From Octopus bimaculoides (taxonomy: Eukaryota), in the NCBI RefSeq assembly GCF_001194135.2, contig NC_068985.1, forward strand, positions 87,704,189 through 87,738,666: a stretch of DNA of 34,478 nt, read 5' to 3'. Shown here in pieces: positions 1 to 12,503 of the stretch. A model generated the notes under the pieces. That model ran no database searches and was not told where the DNA came from. It saw only the letters and a list, made by a program, of their open reading frames with translations. The first letter of the stretch is position 1. Every line of letters begins with the position of its first letter. The translations under genes and the position numbers were made by a program.

Positions 1-2
1 AC

Positions 3-269
3 CCCAAAATGGCTGAAGTTCAAAAAATAGTGCTCATGGGAACTGCCCATATCCTACGTAAAATACTGTCTATGTGATCTCAAATTTTAAAGCAAACACA
101 TAATTTTCTTATGGTTTCTTAAACATTCACTTGAACAAAACTGTACAAATACAACTATATGGTACCCTAGGCATAACACCTACATGAACTTCTAACTTGT
201 TGTCTCTTGAGGTCTTTGGGTGAGACTTGGATCCAACTTGTACAAATGCAAAATAAAAGTCAAACATAA

Positions 270-308
<39 letters not shown>
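3..308 (+). mobile_element. 3' end of an R4/Dong-like (RLE-type) non-LTR retrotransposon: ORF C-terminus, 3' UTR and (TAA)n tail
   Basis: 3..77 translates to PKMAEVQKIVLMGTAHILRKILSM*, the QK..L.GTA.ILR end motif of R4/Dong/Rex6 RLE ORFs. The UTR at about 100-270 matches the reverse complement of 18630-18808. (TAA)n tail at about 269-308. Confidence 0.85.
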
Positions 309-309
<1 letters not shown>

Positions 310-462
310 GTTTCAAATTTTGCTACCAAAGAAATATATAAATTGCCATGATAGGTTAAGGCAATATTTGCATTGGAAAATATGTAAGCACTATAAAATT
401 GACACACCTTTAAACTGTTATGAACAATATCCTCAGCCAGTGACTGATGGAGTAAATGTTAC

Positions 463-502
463 CATCTTGAAGGATTCTTTCTGTCATCACTGATATAAAC
501 GG
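463..502 (-). CDS. Candidate 40-nt internal exon (A)VYISDDRKNPSR(W), phase 1 to 2, unidentified protein
   Basis: Minus-strand acceptor ataatttgcag and donor ATG|gtaaca. Phase-compatible with the 3779-3949 exon. No recognisable homology. Confidence 0.3.
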
Positions 503-699
503 CTGCAAATTATCAGGAAATATTCTGACTCTACTAAACTTTCAGTCCTCAAAATGCACGAGGACAAATATTTTTGTGAATTACTAGTGTCATGCACCGG
601 AAGAATGATTAAAGTGACAGATGTATTTCATCATATTTACACAAAACCGATGGTGTTCGATTACACAATACGTCGGAAAATCATAGTCCCATAACTTCA

Positions 700-1020
700 C
701 TTGGTACATGCTCATACCGATGTGCTGTGCTTCAGAGGCCCCGTCCAGTCAGGTACATCTGTGCTGGGAGCACGTAAAGTACATATTTTCAACGTTAAGC
801 CTGGCAGAGGCAAAGTGTTTCAGAGGCTGAGTTTCTTTCGAGCGTTGGACCTCGTGGAGGCAAACTGGCTGAGTTCCTATCGAGTCTTGGGCCTCAGGGA
901 GGCAATGGCCAAGACCGTTGGCATTATGTCATGCTTAAGAAGAAGGTTCATCAAGCCGAGAAAAATCTCAGTCGTGGCAGATACCAGTGTCACGCAAACT
1001 TTCACGTAAAAGCAACCCGG
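700..1020 (+). mobile_element. Fragment of an RTE-associated 3' UTR / SINE-like repeat with internal ~41-bp imperfect tandem units
   Basis: Contains cacgtaaaagca motifs and two units gagtt.ct.tcgag..ttgg.cctc..ggaggcaa at about 829-907. The family assignment rests on recalled cephalopod repeats. Confidence 0.5.
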
Positions 1021-1039
1021 TATCGCGCAAATTCAATCA

Positions 1040-1064
1040 GAATATATGTGTGTGTATGTGTGTG

Positions 1065-1103
<39 letters not shown>

Positions 1104-1135
1104 CTGTATGTATATATATGTATGTGTGTGTCTTT
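1040..1135. repeat. (TG)n/(TATG)n microsatellite
   Basis: Seen directly; explains the CVCV and HTHT ORFs. Confidence 0.95.
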
Positions 1136-1157
1136 GTGTCCGTGTTAATGTGGCCAA

Positions 1158-1340
1158 TACCACTTGACAACCGGTGTTGGTGTGTTTATGTCCCCACAAC
1201 TTAGCAGTTCGGTAAAAACGACTGACAGAATAAGTACTAGGCTGAACAAACGTCCTGGCGTCAATTTGTTCAACTAAAATCCTTCAAGGTGGTGCTCCAT
1301 CAAGGCCACAATCAAAAGACCGAAAGAAATAAAAGAATAC
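1158..1340 (+). mobile_element. SINE family 1, 3' half
   Basis: cttgacaaccggtgttggtgtgttta...agaataagtactaggct...aaggtggtgctcca is homologous to 23897-24080 (+) and to the reverse complement of 28100-28250. Confidence 0.85.
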
Positions 1341-1929
1341 AAAAAACTAATGATGATGGTAATATAGATACATTTACAAGACAAGCATCTTTGAATATTT
1401 TTTCTTATGTGTTTATTTCTCTTTTATCGCATATTTCTTATCTTTCTTGAAAGGAAGAAATTCTTATATTAAAGTCTCAGACATATCTCCCTTATTTAAC
1501 TCTTCTGTTTAGTACCATGTCCACAGCTCTTCTTTTCACTAGTTCTCTCTTTTTCAATTTTATTACCATTCTCTTTAAAAGACACTAGACTTTTCCAATT
1601 CAATTTACATATATTTACAACGCAACTTTATTCTAACTTAATTTTCAACATCCAGATAGCTTTTAAATATAAGCATTTTAAAATTCTTCCCTTCTTCTTT
1701 CTTTCGTTAATCTACTTCTAATCTACCTCTGGAAGCATGTTTACCATAACAAAATCTTAATAATACCCAAAAGTCACTTATCCTCCTTCACATGAACTCT
1801 TTACGCAAAAACATACAAATAATTTTGTTTATTTGTTTTGGTAAACATTTATAAAATACAAAGATTTATATTTCCTTCAATTCTTTGACAAATGAGCACT
1901 TAGAATCCTTTCCATTTCACATTCATATT

Positions 1930-2003
1930 ATCTCTCTCTCTCTCTCTTATTATTATTATTTCATCTTGCCCTCTCTCTGTGTCTCTCTGTCTCTCTGTCT
2001 CTC

Positions 2004-2045
<42 letters not shown>
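1930..2045. repeat. (CT)n/(CTGT)n microsatellite
   Basis: Seen directly. Confidence 0.95.
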
Positions 2046-2519
2046 TCACTCTTCTCATTATTTCTCCTTTTTTATTTTTTCCCTAATTTCTTCCCCCTCT
2101 CGTTCAACTAAAAAGACTACAGCAGATATCATCTTCCTCTATCTGATAATGTATTAAAGTTTTTCTCTTTCATTACTCTCTAATCCACTTGCAAACATCA
2201 CTTATCCTTTCTATTCACCGGTTTTAACATCTTTATTTGAAATTGTAGTTAAACAATCAGTTAAATTCTATACGATAACCCTAGCTTAGACAACCTCAGC
2301 TCCCAATTACATGTAATTTCTATCTAAGATTTTTAGTAAACAATTTTGAGCATCAGTTACTGCTTGATAAGAGATCTTGATAGAAACACTTCTGATGAGT
2401 GTTGCAAAATAACTCCAATAAATAGAATTTCTGAGCTCTAAAATACTTTTGGTGCTTATTTTGATTGTTAACATTTTTCCGATAGAGAGTTGTTGCTAGA
2501 ATTAAATCTCAGAAAAAGT

Positions 2520-2720
2520 GTTGAACAAGGTTTTGTCCTGGCACACTTGCTTTTCAGCATATTTCTAGTGATGCTGACTCTTGGAAAGTAGGAGGGACTC
2601 ACTATGTGCCAGCAGAGGACAAAGGCCAAAGTGACGGAGGAGATGGTGTGAATGTTCTTGTCTGCAGATGACTGTGTTCTTGTGTGCAGATGCCTGTGTT
2701 CTCAAGAAAGGCACAGAGTT
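2520..2720 (+). pseudogene. Decayed RTE-clade LINE reverse-transcriptase fragment
   Basis: Reads QGFVLAHLLFSIFLVML ... KAKVTEEMV*MFLSADDCVL, matching the RTE/BovB-type QG.VLAP.LF and LFADD motifs. Contains stops and frameshifts. Confidence 0.65.
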
Positions 2721-2802
2721 TGAAAGGTAGCTGTATATGAATAGGTTCTTTGCTGCCAATGAAGACTGGTGCCACTATTAGAACAGAGAAAAGTTACGTT
2801 TT

Positions 2803-2938
2803 TATTTTGTACCTGTATCAGTCATTAGAATGTTGTCATGACGAACCTTTAGTTGAATAAATCGATTTATTTTGACTAGAATTTATTCAAGGCAGTGGTT
2901 CATCATGGCCACACTCGAATGACTGAAACGAGAAAAAG
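2803..2938. repeat. Fold-back (inverted repeat) made of two head-to-head SINE family 1 tails
   Basis: Perfect 16-bp palindrome aataaatcgatttatt at 2856-2871. Outer arms cagtcattag...catga and tcatg...aatgactg are imperfectly complementary. Confidence 0.7.
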
Positions 2939-2964
2939 ATGTACACACACACACTCATACATAT

Positions 2965-3110
2965 CCACCTACCAAATCCACCCACAAGGCTTCGGTTGGC
3001 CTCAGTTTATAGCAGAAGATCCTGCCCAAGATGCCACACAATGGGAGTGAACCTGGAACCATGTGGTTGGGTAGCAGACTTCTTACGACACAGTCATACC
3101 TTCAGAGACC
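2965..3110 (-). mobile_element. SINE family 1, 5' (tRNA-derived) half
   Basis: accaaatccacccacaaggc...gaacctggaaccatgtggttgg matches 28340-28465. Confidence 0.8.
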
Positions 3111-3214
3111 ATCTCATAAAATGTACAAAACACCTGTTATTAGGGTCTAGTATTAGATTCTACTCTTCATCAATGTCTTTGCAAACCTTGGCAGCATTTT
3201 CTAAGAAATCATTC

Positions 3215-3470
3215 CCTTCATCATCATCGTCATCATCATCATCGTCGTGGTCGTCGTCGTCGTCGTCGTCGTCATCATCATCATCATCATCATTATCAAT
3301 TAACATCCGTTTTCCATGGATTGGGGTGTTTGACAGGGGCTGACAAGCTGGAGGGCTGCACCAAGCTCCAGTCATCTGTTTCGTTAGGGTTTCTTCAGTC
3401 AGATGCTTTTCCTAATGCCAACCACTTTTCAAAGACAACTGGGTGCTTTATACGTGCTGCCACCATCGAG
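3215..3470 (-). mobile_element. 3' terminus of an RTE-type LINE/SINE with (GAT)n/(GAC)n tail
   Basis: (TCA)n(TCG)n(TCA)n followed by ttaacatccgttttccatg...ttcctaatgccaaccact, the reverse complement of the motif at 33355-33500. Confidence 0.7.
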
Positions 3471-3778
3471 TTTTTTTAATGGAAACAATTATCAAAGGAT
3501 GAACTTGAAGTTTTTTCTTCCTTTTATTCAGTTCATGCTTTGATCTCAGTAATAGAAAGTTCAAGAAATGTGGAAGTTCTGAAGATCTATGCCTAATTAA
3601 AGATAATTGAATGGTGGGAGCGGTGTTAGATTTAGCCACAGCTGATGTCTAGGGTTTCAAAACCTGGCTGTGCTCTGATCACGGAGTATCTGTTATAATA
3701 CTGATGAATATAGTACGAATTTAGGGTTGGTCTCCCAAATGGAAGTGGCTAGGGCAGTGATTGTCAACCATTATTTAC

Positions 3779-3949
3779 CAATAGAATATTTTAGTTCCTC
3801 TTTTTGCTCAGATGGGCCACCATATCCATTTAATGTATTTTTCAAGTCCTTAAATTTGAACAACAAAAGGCTATATGCTCCCCACCCTGGGTCATAAAGA
3901 CCTTGATTGAGAATTTCTATCCTAAGGTCTCTTTGTAATCTAGCATTGC
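3779..3949 (-). CDS. Candidate 171-nt symmetric (phase 1-1) exon NARLQRDLRIEILNQGLYDPGWGAYSLLLFKFKDLKNTLNGYGGPSEQKEELKYSI, unidentified protein
   Basis: Acceptor ttacttccag and donor TTG|gtaaat. This is the only open frame, with 56 codons of complex, non-repetitive composition in AT-rich DNA. Confidence 0.45.
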
Positions 3950-4439
3950 CTGGAAGTAACATATAATGGCATACCTATATATGTATACGAATTCAAACAT
4001 AATTCTTAACTTTCTGCAATGAATTTAGATTTCTTCATGTTTCCAAATCTGTTCAAAAAGTCTTGCAAAACTTTAGAAAGAAGACAGACAAAATCTAATG
4101 TTTATGAATGTTTTAGTTTGAGTGACTTTCATTGCACGTACATCTGATTATTTGTGGCTTGTTCATTATGTGTGTGTAATATATATTTATATCGGTTGTT
4201 AATAGCAACAGGTTTCCCTATGTTTGTATGACTGATTATATTCCTAGATAAACATATAATCATACTTGCCAGTATAAATTATACATTTCTTTCTTCCCTT
4301 ACTCTCTCTTTCTCTCTCTCTGTCCAATTGTTTCTCTCTTTATATATAAATACATGTGTGTGTGTATGTGTACAGATTATACATAGTATATCCACATATA
4401 CACATATACTTATGCATATATATATATACATATATATAT

Positions 4440-4546
4440 NNNNNNNNNNNNNNNNNNNNNNNNNNNNNNNNNNNNNNNNNNNNNNNNNNNNNNNNNNNNN
4501 NNNNNNNNNNNNNNNNNNNNNNNNNNNNNNNNNNNNNNNNNNNNNN
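4440..4546. other. Assembly gap (other gaps: 6788-7039, 7591-7828, 9058-9067, 18809-19165, 25155-25552, 30534-30609, 32863-32901)
   Basis: N runs, mostly flanked by (TA)n, (CA)n or (GA)n, typical of short-read scaffolding. Poly-X ORFs across them are artefacts. Confidence 0.99.
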
Positions 4547-4599
<53 letters not shown>

Positions 4600-5134
4600 C
4601 AGACACAATGTTTGCAGAGCATTAACGTGGCTCAGTTATGTATTTGCAGGAAAATGCGCAGAGTCTGGTTTGTTCATATTTGTATTTAGTCACTTTACTA
4701 CTATTATATGTGTTCAAGGTTTTCATGGCTGGTAACTGGGCAGTTGTTAATCTAATTGGTTTTATTGGACCATTTATGAATGTGAAGCCAAGACGGATTT
4801 GTTGATTTAGTTTGGAAGCCTGTTATATAAGTTCTCACCAGTGGCTGATTAGATTGGGAGAAAATTGATTGTCATGATTTATGGATGTGACTACAGGTGA
4901 AAATTAAACTTGGCTTTCATTTATTTATTCTTTTTTATGCGGATTTTAGCTCAACAATTTATTTATTTGTTACCAAACATATTTGGTCCCTTATACAAAT
5001 GACCTCCACTGCAAGTACATTTAAGAATTGAGATTGTTAATATGTCACCTCTAGATTACTAATATCTGGTTCATATCTGAATACCAATTAGGGATTAACA
5101 TAAATCATAAGAGAAAAATTTACTGTTAGAAAAA

Positions 5135-5350
5135 TAGACTCCTTTGATACCGACACATCTGAAACTGTCACTGCGGCTATGAAATGCTCTCCCTATTTTC
5201 AGATTAACTTAATTAAAACTTTCCATTCATTTATGTTCCAAATACCAGTTTAATAATGACAAAGTTATTTTAGTAAATTATTCATTATTTTCAAAATTAA
5301 TTTAAATAGAGGCTGGATATTTGAATGAAACTTTAATACAAAAGGGTTAA
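5135..5350. mobile_element. Probable piggyBac-like MITE
   Basis: Right end tacaaaagggTTAA; left end tagactcctttgatac is a degenerate ttaaccctt.. inverted counterpart. A similar orphan right end cgtaaagggttaa lies at 23223-23235. Confidence 0.4.
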
Positions 5351-5645
5351 AGTATTCTTAATGAAGACACACTTTGAAAATTTCATGTCAATTTATGTTC
5401 CAAACACCTACTAAATAATGGCAATGGTATTTTACAAGATTCTTCATTATCTTAAAAAGTAATTGAAACAAAGCAGTGGATTTAACCAAAAATATGGTTA
5501 TAAAAAGGGTCAAATATGAAACAAGGACAAAAATTTCACACTTCGTGAACAGTTTCGCTTTCAAGGATAAATTTAATTTCAGAATTAAAAAAAGACGAAA
5601 GGGGAAGGTGAGGTATGGATGCTTCCAAGTGTTGAGAAGATAAAC

Positions 5646-5846
5646 AGAGATTTTAGAGAGAATTAAATGAAACAAAGCATGTAGAGGAAACATGATGTAA
5701 ATAACATGTAGAAATATTTTCGATGAAAACAGGGGAAGTAGAAATGGTCTCCCTCCATCCAAATAGAATTGAAATAAATAAAAAAGAGATTTTAGAGGGA
5801 ATTAAATGAAACAAAACATGTAGAGGAAACATGATGTAAATAACAT
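5646..5846. repeat. 62-bp direct repeat, two copies 139 bp apart
   Basis: 5646-5707 versus 5785-5846, two mismatches. Confidence 0.9.
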
Positions 5847-6079
5847 TGGAATAAATGAAAACTTTAATCATGTGGCACAGCAAGAATGGAAAAACAGAAG
5901 TTTCAAATACAAGGGAAGGTGTGTAAGATAATTTATTTACAACATGGTAGTGGTTCTTTGAAAATACGTGTACTCTAAACATGTACTCTAAGACATAATC
6001 AGTATGATAGAGTGACATGGATGTAACTTTGGCTTACAGTTAAAACCCACCTAAAAGGCTTCAGAACAGTTTCCTTCTA

Positions 6080-6210
6080 CAACTTTCACTCACAAGGTAT
6101 GGACTCACTTGAGGTTATAGAAATGGTATTTGCCCCAAAGGCCTCAAGGTGAGATGAGTTCAAAGATGGAGCCTTGTGATTGTGAGGGGACTTTCTCTTA
6201 GCCATTCCAC
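6080..6210 (-). mobile_element. Highly decayed SINE family 1 5' half
   Basis: ttcactcacaagg...gaggttatag...tttgccccaaag... parallels 28345-28465. Confidence 0.5.
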
Positions 6211-7555
6211 TATACAGCAGCTGGGAATGGGTTGCCTTGAGGTTAAGCAAACAACACTGTCATGATTGGAACAACTTTGGTCATTGTCAATAATAAATGG
6301 AAAGAAAAAGTTACCTGATAAATACTATCAAATATAATTAGGGAGAAAAAACCTCTGAAGAACCTCAGAAGAGAAAGTACTTTCTGTTGGCAGGGAATTC
6401 CATCAATATATCTGTCAACGTTTGGTTGAAATAGCTTTTGTTGATGCTCTGTCTGAAGAATGTCAATTCAGACAAAAATTGGAGTAGCGCTTACTATGAA
6501 GGAGTTGGCATTTAAAAGAAAAAAACAAAAGATAAAAATTAATACACTACAAACACATACACACAGTCACGCACACACTCACACACACACTCATAGGTAT
6601 ACACACACTCACACACACACACATAGGCATACACACACACACTCATAGGTACACACACATACACTCAGGCATACATATTTAAGAACTGATAAATATTCAT
6701 TATATATATATATTCATATAAATATACATAAACATATTCATATACAGATATATAAATATATGCATACATACATACATACATATATATNNNNNNNNNNNNN
6801 NNNNNNNNNNNNNNNNNNNNNNNNNNNNNNNNNNNNNNNNNNNNNNNNNNNNNNNNNNNNNNNNNNNNNNNNNNNNNNNNNNNNNNNNNNNNNNNNNNNN
6901 NNNNNNNNNNNNNNNNNNNNNNNNNNNNNNNNNNNNNNNNNNNNNNNNNNNNNNNNNNNNNNNNNNNNNNNNNNNNNNNNNNNNNNNNNNNNNNNNNNNN
7001 NNNNNNNNNNNNNNNNNNNNNNNNNNNNNNNNNNNNNNNTATATATATATATATATGCTTTTATTATATATACATACATAAATATAGATATATATATAAA
7101 TATATAATTCCAAAAATTCTGTCCACCCATAACAAACATTAAAATTTATAAATTTACACTTCATACATATACATTTGTGTATATATACATAAACACATAC
7201 AAATACACACACCCACACACACACACATACATACATACACACACACATACACATATATACATATATGTATATATATAAACATATATTCATATATACATAT
7301 ACATATATATATATGTTCACGAAAGTATGTGCATACATAAATTCATAAATTTTAATAATTTGGTATCATTATTTACAATGTTAGAAATCCTGTCTCCTGA
7401 TATCGTAATAACATTAATAAATTTACATGAGTTTTTGTGAGCGTATATGCATTCGTATGTGTGTATCTATGTATCTGTGTTCGTATGCGTTGTATGTATA
7501 TATCATTTGAATATATATATACATACATATGCAGATTTCTTGTATATATGTACAT

Positions 7556-7590
<35 letters not shown>

Positions 7591-8444
7591 NNNNNNNNNN
7601 NNNNNNNNNNNNNNNNNNNNNNNNNNNNNNNNNNNNNNNNNNNNNNNNNNNNNNNNNNNNNNNNNNNNNNNNNNNNNNNNNNNNNNNNNNNNNNNNNNNN
7701 NNNNNNNNNNNNNNNNNNNNNNNNNNNNNNNNNNNNNNNNNNNNNNNNNNNNNNNNNNNNNNNNNNNNNNNNNNNNNNNNNNNNNNNNNNNNNNNNNNNN
7801 NNNNNNNNNNNNNNNNNNNNNNNNNNNNCTTATATGTATACACACACAAACACCCACACATCTACACACACCCACTCACACACACATACATTTTTAAAAC
7901 GATTTTAGAAAAATTTATTAATGCAATCACAATATTTGGAAAGAGATTTCCTTAAATTAAAAATTATTAATTACATATAAGAAAAATCTTGAAAAACGAA
8001 TCAGATTTACACATACATGTTATAGAATGATGTTTCTGTGTCAGCGCTTTTCGCTAATATAAAGTAATCTGTCTTTGGTTTGCTTAACAGTTTGCACAAC
8101 TTGCAATCCAATTTACCTTTCTTATATTGTATGCTTCTGTCGGCTTTTACAATTGTTTATTTCGTCTTGTTTCTTTTGGTGTTAAGTGAATGTTATGAAC
8201 AGTAATACACCCACCACCGCTGCCGCCGCCATCAACACCTTCAGCACATGATGATGACGATTATCAGGACGACAATGATGACGCAAGACTATCCAATGCA
8301 GGTCACCAACAATCTCCTTAGATTCTGTTTTATGATTGAGGAGAAGGAAAACTGGACTTAAAATGAAGGAGATGAAGTATTTTAGAGAGATAACTTTACT
8401 ACTATAGGCATATGTTATATATATATTTTATATATATATATATA

Positions 8445-8488
<44 letters not shown>

Positions 8489-8559
8489 CGTGTGTGTGTG
8501 TGTGTGTGTATGAAAGCCATATGAAGGACTGTTGATATCTTGAATTTAAAGGAACGAAA

Positions 8560-8680
8560 GAAGGAGACCAAGCAAAGCAGGAAATGAGTTAAGTGGGACT
8601 GACATCAAAGTCTTGCAACTGACAGAGGCAACGACAAAGGACCATGTTGATTGATGTTTCATGGTGCTGGAGAAATCTTG
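8560..8680 (+). pseudogene. RTE-type LINE ORF C-terminal remnant
   Basis: After a small indel it reads approximately RPSKAGNELSGTDIKVLQLTEATTKDHVD*CFMVLEK, matching the RTE GRP.KTW...V..D...L.L......DR..W end. Confidence 0.5.
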
Positions 8681-9689
8681 ACCACAAATGTTTTGACAAG
8701 AGATGCAAGAATGCTGAAGGGAAATTTGCGAAAATGTTACAAAGGCTGTAGATTGAAAGATATAATATGTTTGTTTTTGACACTTTTTAAAGTTATCTTT
8801 ACAGATTTTCAAAAAGAAATTGGAGGACCTGAATCACACTGCTAACACATGTGAAACACAGTTTTCATGTTTAAGCCTTTAATGCACTTCGTAGTATATT
8901 ATAGTTGCACAATGAAGAACGGTGTCCCTACCAGCAATCAATGTTTAAGTACCAGTTTCCAAGAATATGCTTAATGAGTACAATACATATATCGAATTTT
9001 GTTGCACTGCTACATTTAGTCATTATTTAACCATGGATGGTTAATGGGTAGATACTTNNNNNNNNNNAATGCAGGACTTAGTATCTCATTAGATAGCCAA
9101 GAGGCTCTGTAGGTATTTTGACCCTTTCCATAGTAACACTAGAGTTGCCTGAGGCCAGCCATTTATGTAGGGGACAAAACACCTCCTGCAAAACAGAATG
9201 AGCTTTGTTGGATCAACTATTCTGACTCTAGGCCATATGTTTCTATCATCCGCAACACTTGCTCTCGCTGCACCACTTGTCGTCTCTCAGGAGCTAGATT
9301 TCTTGGATTGCTTTCTCAGTGACTGACAATTATCTGCCAACATTTCTCTTCTCAACTAGTTCAAGGCTCTTGAGCTTTGAGTGAAACCTATTCACAATAA
9401 ATCCTCTGTGGGTTTTTGAAATAGCGAATTAAAACTTGAAATGAAAACACTGAAATAGAGAGGGAGAGATTTTGCAAATGAAAACGGAATACTCCACAGT
9501 AATTACAACGAATATTTAAATCTGTGAAAAACTGGAGTTCAAACATTCAATAATTTTCAGAAATCGAAATTATAGGCAATTTCTTGGAACATGATCGTAT
9601 AAAAAAATTTCCATACGGTCAAACCTTTAATAATTGTTTTCTTTTAGTTACTATTACATACCTAATTAATAAGCAGCTTCTCCATTATG

Positions 9690-9768
<79 letters not shown>

Positions 9769-10621
9769 AATAAATTCGTATCTGTATTTGTATTGTATCT
9801 ATGAATGTATGTGTGTATCCATAAGGAACAATAGCTAAGTATGAGTATAAGTATTAGATGAGATACTAAATTTTAGACACTACAAGTTCTTTTGAAGATG
9901 AGGCTAAACAATAAGACCGACTCTCCCCAATACAGTGTTATGAAAACAGCCTTGAATGGAAACCAGGTCTTCGAGATGGTACGTAGGAGTTCTTTTAGAC
10001 TTCAATAGAAATTTATACAGGAATATATACACGTACACAATCATATGCACATACATCCATGTACATACACATATGCACACCCTACAACTACATGCATATA
10101 CACAAGTGTACTTACCTCTTCATTTACTTTTCAGTGAAATAATATTTATCATTATGAAAGTTTTCTTGATAATTCTGCCAAAAATATTTCAAGATAATAT
10201 TTTAGGATATTTAAAACCTTCTTTCAATGATTTTGGCATTTCAGTTTTTCTTTCATTCAGTTCTCACTTACTAGTTAGAGCTAAATAACAGTTTCTTGTA
10301 ATGCAACGCAAAAGAAATTTAAATAAATGATTCATTTTCGACTGCAATTTAAAGCCATTACTTTTCGCAATTTAATGAAAGTCTGTCTTGGAATCAAAGA
10401 GATGCCAGTCTATTTTTGACAAGAAAAATCAGTAGATGTCTTTTCTTGTAAAAGTTTGCCATTTTCGTTGAGGCATTTATAGAAAACAAACTCTTTGCCG
10501 AATATGTATAATTTGTGATACACACCCATTCACACCCACACCTACACACACAACACATACACATTCACACACACTTACGGACACGTGCGTAAGAGACAAT
10601 GCTTTGTATATGTTGACAATT

Positions 10622-10656
<35 letters not shown>

Positions 10657-10679
10657 GGATACACACGCATAGACTTTAT

Positions 10680-10830
10680 TATCATCATCACTGTTCAAAG
10701 TTCGATTCTCCATATTAGCATGGGTCAAATGCAGTTTGTTGGGGCAGATTTTCTAAAACGAAATGTCATTTCTGGCACCAGCTGTAACCTTTTTTCTACT
10801 AAGGTAATGGCTCTTCAACTAGGACTAGAA
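10680..10830 (-). mobile_element. Decayed RTE-type 3' tail
   Basis: atcatcatca...ttctccatattagcatggg parallels 3290-3330. Confidence 0.4.
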
Positions 10831-11149
10831 ACAAAGAATACAACTTGTGTCATGGTGATGTGCATCAGCAGTCATCACAAATGAATAAATATACACCCAC
10901 ACATACATATGTATACGTACACATACCTTCTTGTCGACTTACAAACCTAGTAAATTTACTCAAGCAATCCTTCAAAAGATTCGCGTTTCAGCTGCCTGTG
11001 TTCACCATCGTACACTTTCGGTCGTTACAGAATAGTTATAACCATGAGCTTAAGTATGAAAACAAATTGAAGATACCATTTTTTTCTGTCAATTCTTCTC
11101 TTTCACAGAATATATGCCGAAGCTGGCACAATATTCTGCCAGCACTTAC

Positions 11150-11173
11150 AATTCGCGTGGGATGATATGCAGG
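11150..11173 (-). CDS. Candidate 24-nt microexon PAYHPTRI (phase 0-0)
   Basis: Acceptor catcttccag and donor ATT|gtaagt. Phase-compatible with 12460-12503. Could be chance. Confidence 0.25.
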
Positions 11174-11979
11174 CTGGAAGATGTACGTGGCTCATGGAAA
11201 TTATACGAATTTCTACAAAAGTAATGGCGGTGCCTGTGCTTATGGAAAATATTTGACTTTATTTATTCAAGGAATTTCTAAAGGAAAATATTTTATGCTA
11301 AAATATTTATTATTCTGCTCGTTATCATTTAACATTGCATGAATGAAGAAAATATAAAGAAAAGAGAAGATATAAAGAAAATTAATGGAGGGAAAATAAA
11401 CTGAATGAAATTTTATTTCAATCTCAAACACAAATTGGCTTATCTGTTGAAGAATACTCACGCAAAGAAATGCATATATACATGCATATACCTGTAATAT
11501 ATACATATTCATTCCTACTCTCATCACATACATACCGATACAGACCACCCGCACTCACACACACACGCAAACATACGTACACATACATGCCACCAACACT
11601 TACATACACGAAACAATTTTCTTTTTTTTTTTTTGGTGAATATTTTATGGAATTGTTACATTTCTAAATTAAAGTGACATCCTAATTTAACATTGCAAAA
11701 GTCAAATATTTTCATTAACATGGTAATTATTCTATTAGTATGCTTTGAAAATAAACTAATATAAAACTACCTGAAATTGATTTGATTAACTTAGTTAATG
11801 CAAATTAATAGCTGGTCGTGGAATAATGAATATTGTCTTAATATTATCATTATCATTTCACAATATTAAGCTAAAACCATTATCTGATTTAGATTAGCAT
11901 AACAAAGTGCGCCCATTGATTAAAAAATATAATTTCTCTTTCGCTACAGCAGTCCGTCCATACAGCAAACATTAAATCG

Positions 11980-12060
11980 ATTCTTTTACTGGTTTCAGGC
12001 GTTCAACTCTGGCCATGCCGAGGTACTGCATCAAGAGTTTTGGTCAATTATATCAAATAA
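11980..12060 (-). mobile_element. SINE family 1 3' tail remnant
   Basis: ttcttttactggtttcagg...ggccatgccgaggtactgc resembles the reverse complement of the tails at 24030-24080 and 1290-1340. Confidence 0.5.
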
Positions 12061-12194
12061 CACCCAACACTTTGATTTCTCTTGTTTCGTCATCGAATGA
12101 TTAGGTTCTCCTTGGCATAAAGTTATATCATTCAATACCCAAATATTTAAGGTATTTTTTCCATCGATATATGCGTGGACGAATGTATCCACGC

Positions 12195-12350
12195 GTATAT
12201 ACGACAGGCTTCTTTCAGTTTCTGTTTTCGAAATCCACTAAGAAGGGATTGGTTGGCCCGATGCTATGTTAGAAGACACTCGCCCCAGGCGCCACGCAGT
12301 GTGACTGAATCTGGAAGCATGAGGCTGGGAAGTAAAGCCACCCTGCGCCT
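12195..12350 (-). mobile_element. SINE family 1, 5' half
   Basis: atacgacaggcttctttcagtttc...gccacgcagtgtgactgaa matches 28311-28430. Confidence 0.85.
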
Positions 12351-12459
12351 ATAGATCTGCAATTGATAATCTTATAACTTATTCTGTCAACAATCAATTA
12401 ATTGTATTAAATGATATGTAAATTTAAATAAATGAAGAAATATCACATTAAAACATTAC

Positions 12460-12503
12460 CTCCAACGTCCTAATCATCCCATTTCCTGTTTCTGTACAAA
12501 TGC
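12460..12503 (-). CDS. Candidate 44-nt exon (G)ICTETGNGMIRTLE, phase 1 to 0
   Basis: Acceptor atttataaacag and strong donor GAG|gtaatg, with an open frame. Confidence 0.35.

Noticed and set aside
3779-3949. DPP4-like assignment from YGGPSEQK...KYSIG
   Set aside because: The similarity is only a few residues and the upstream spacing does not fit, so the product was left unassigned.
8200-8320. PPLPPPSTPSAHDDDDYQDDNDD-like peptide
   Set aside because: It is made of decayed CCG/GAT trinucleotides with weak splice sites.
10110-10175. Perfect minus-strand donor GAG|gtaagt
   Set aside because: All three frames from the best upstream acceptor contain stops.
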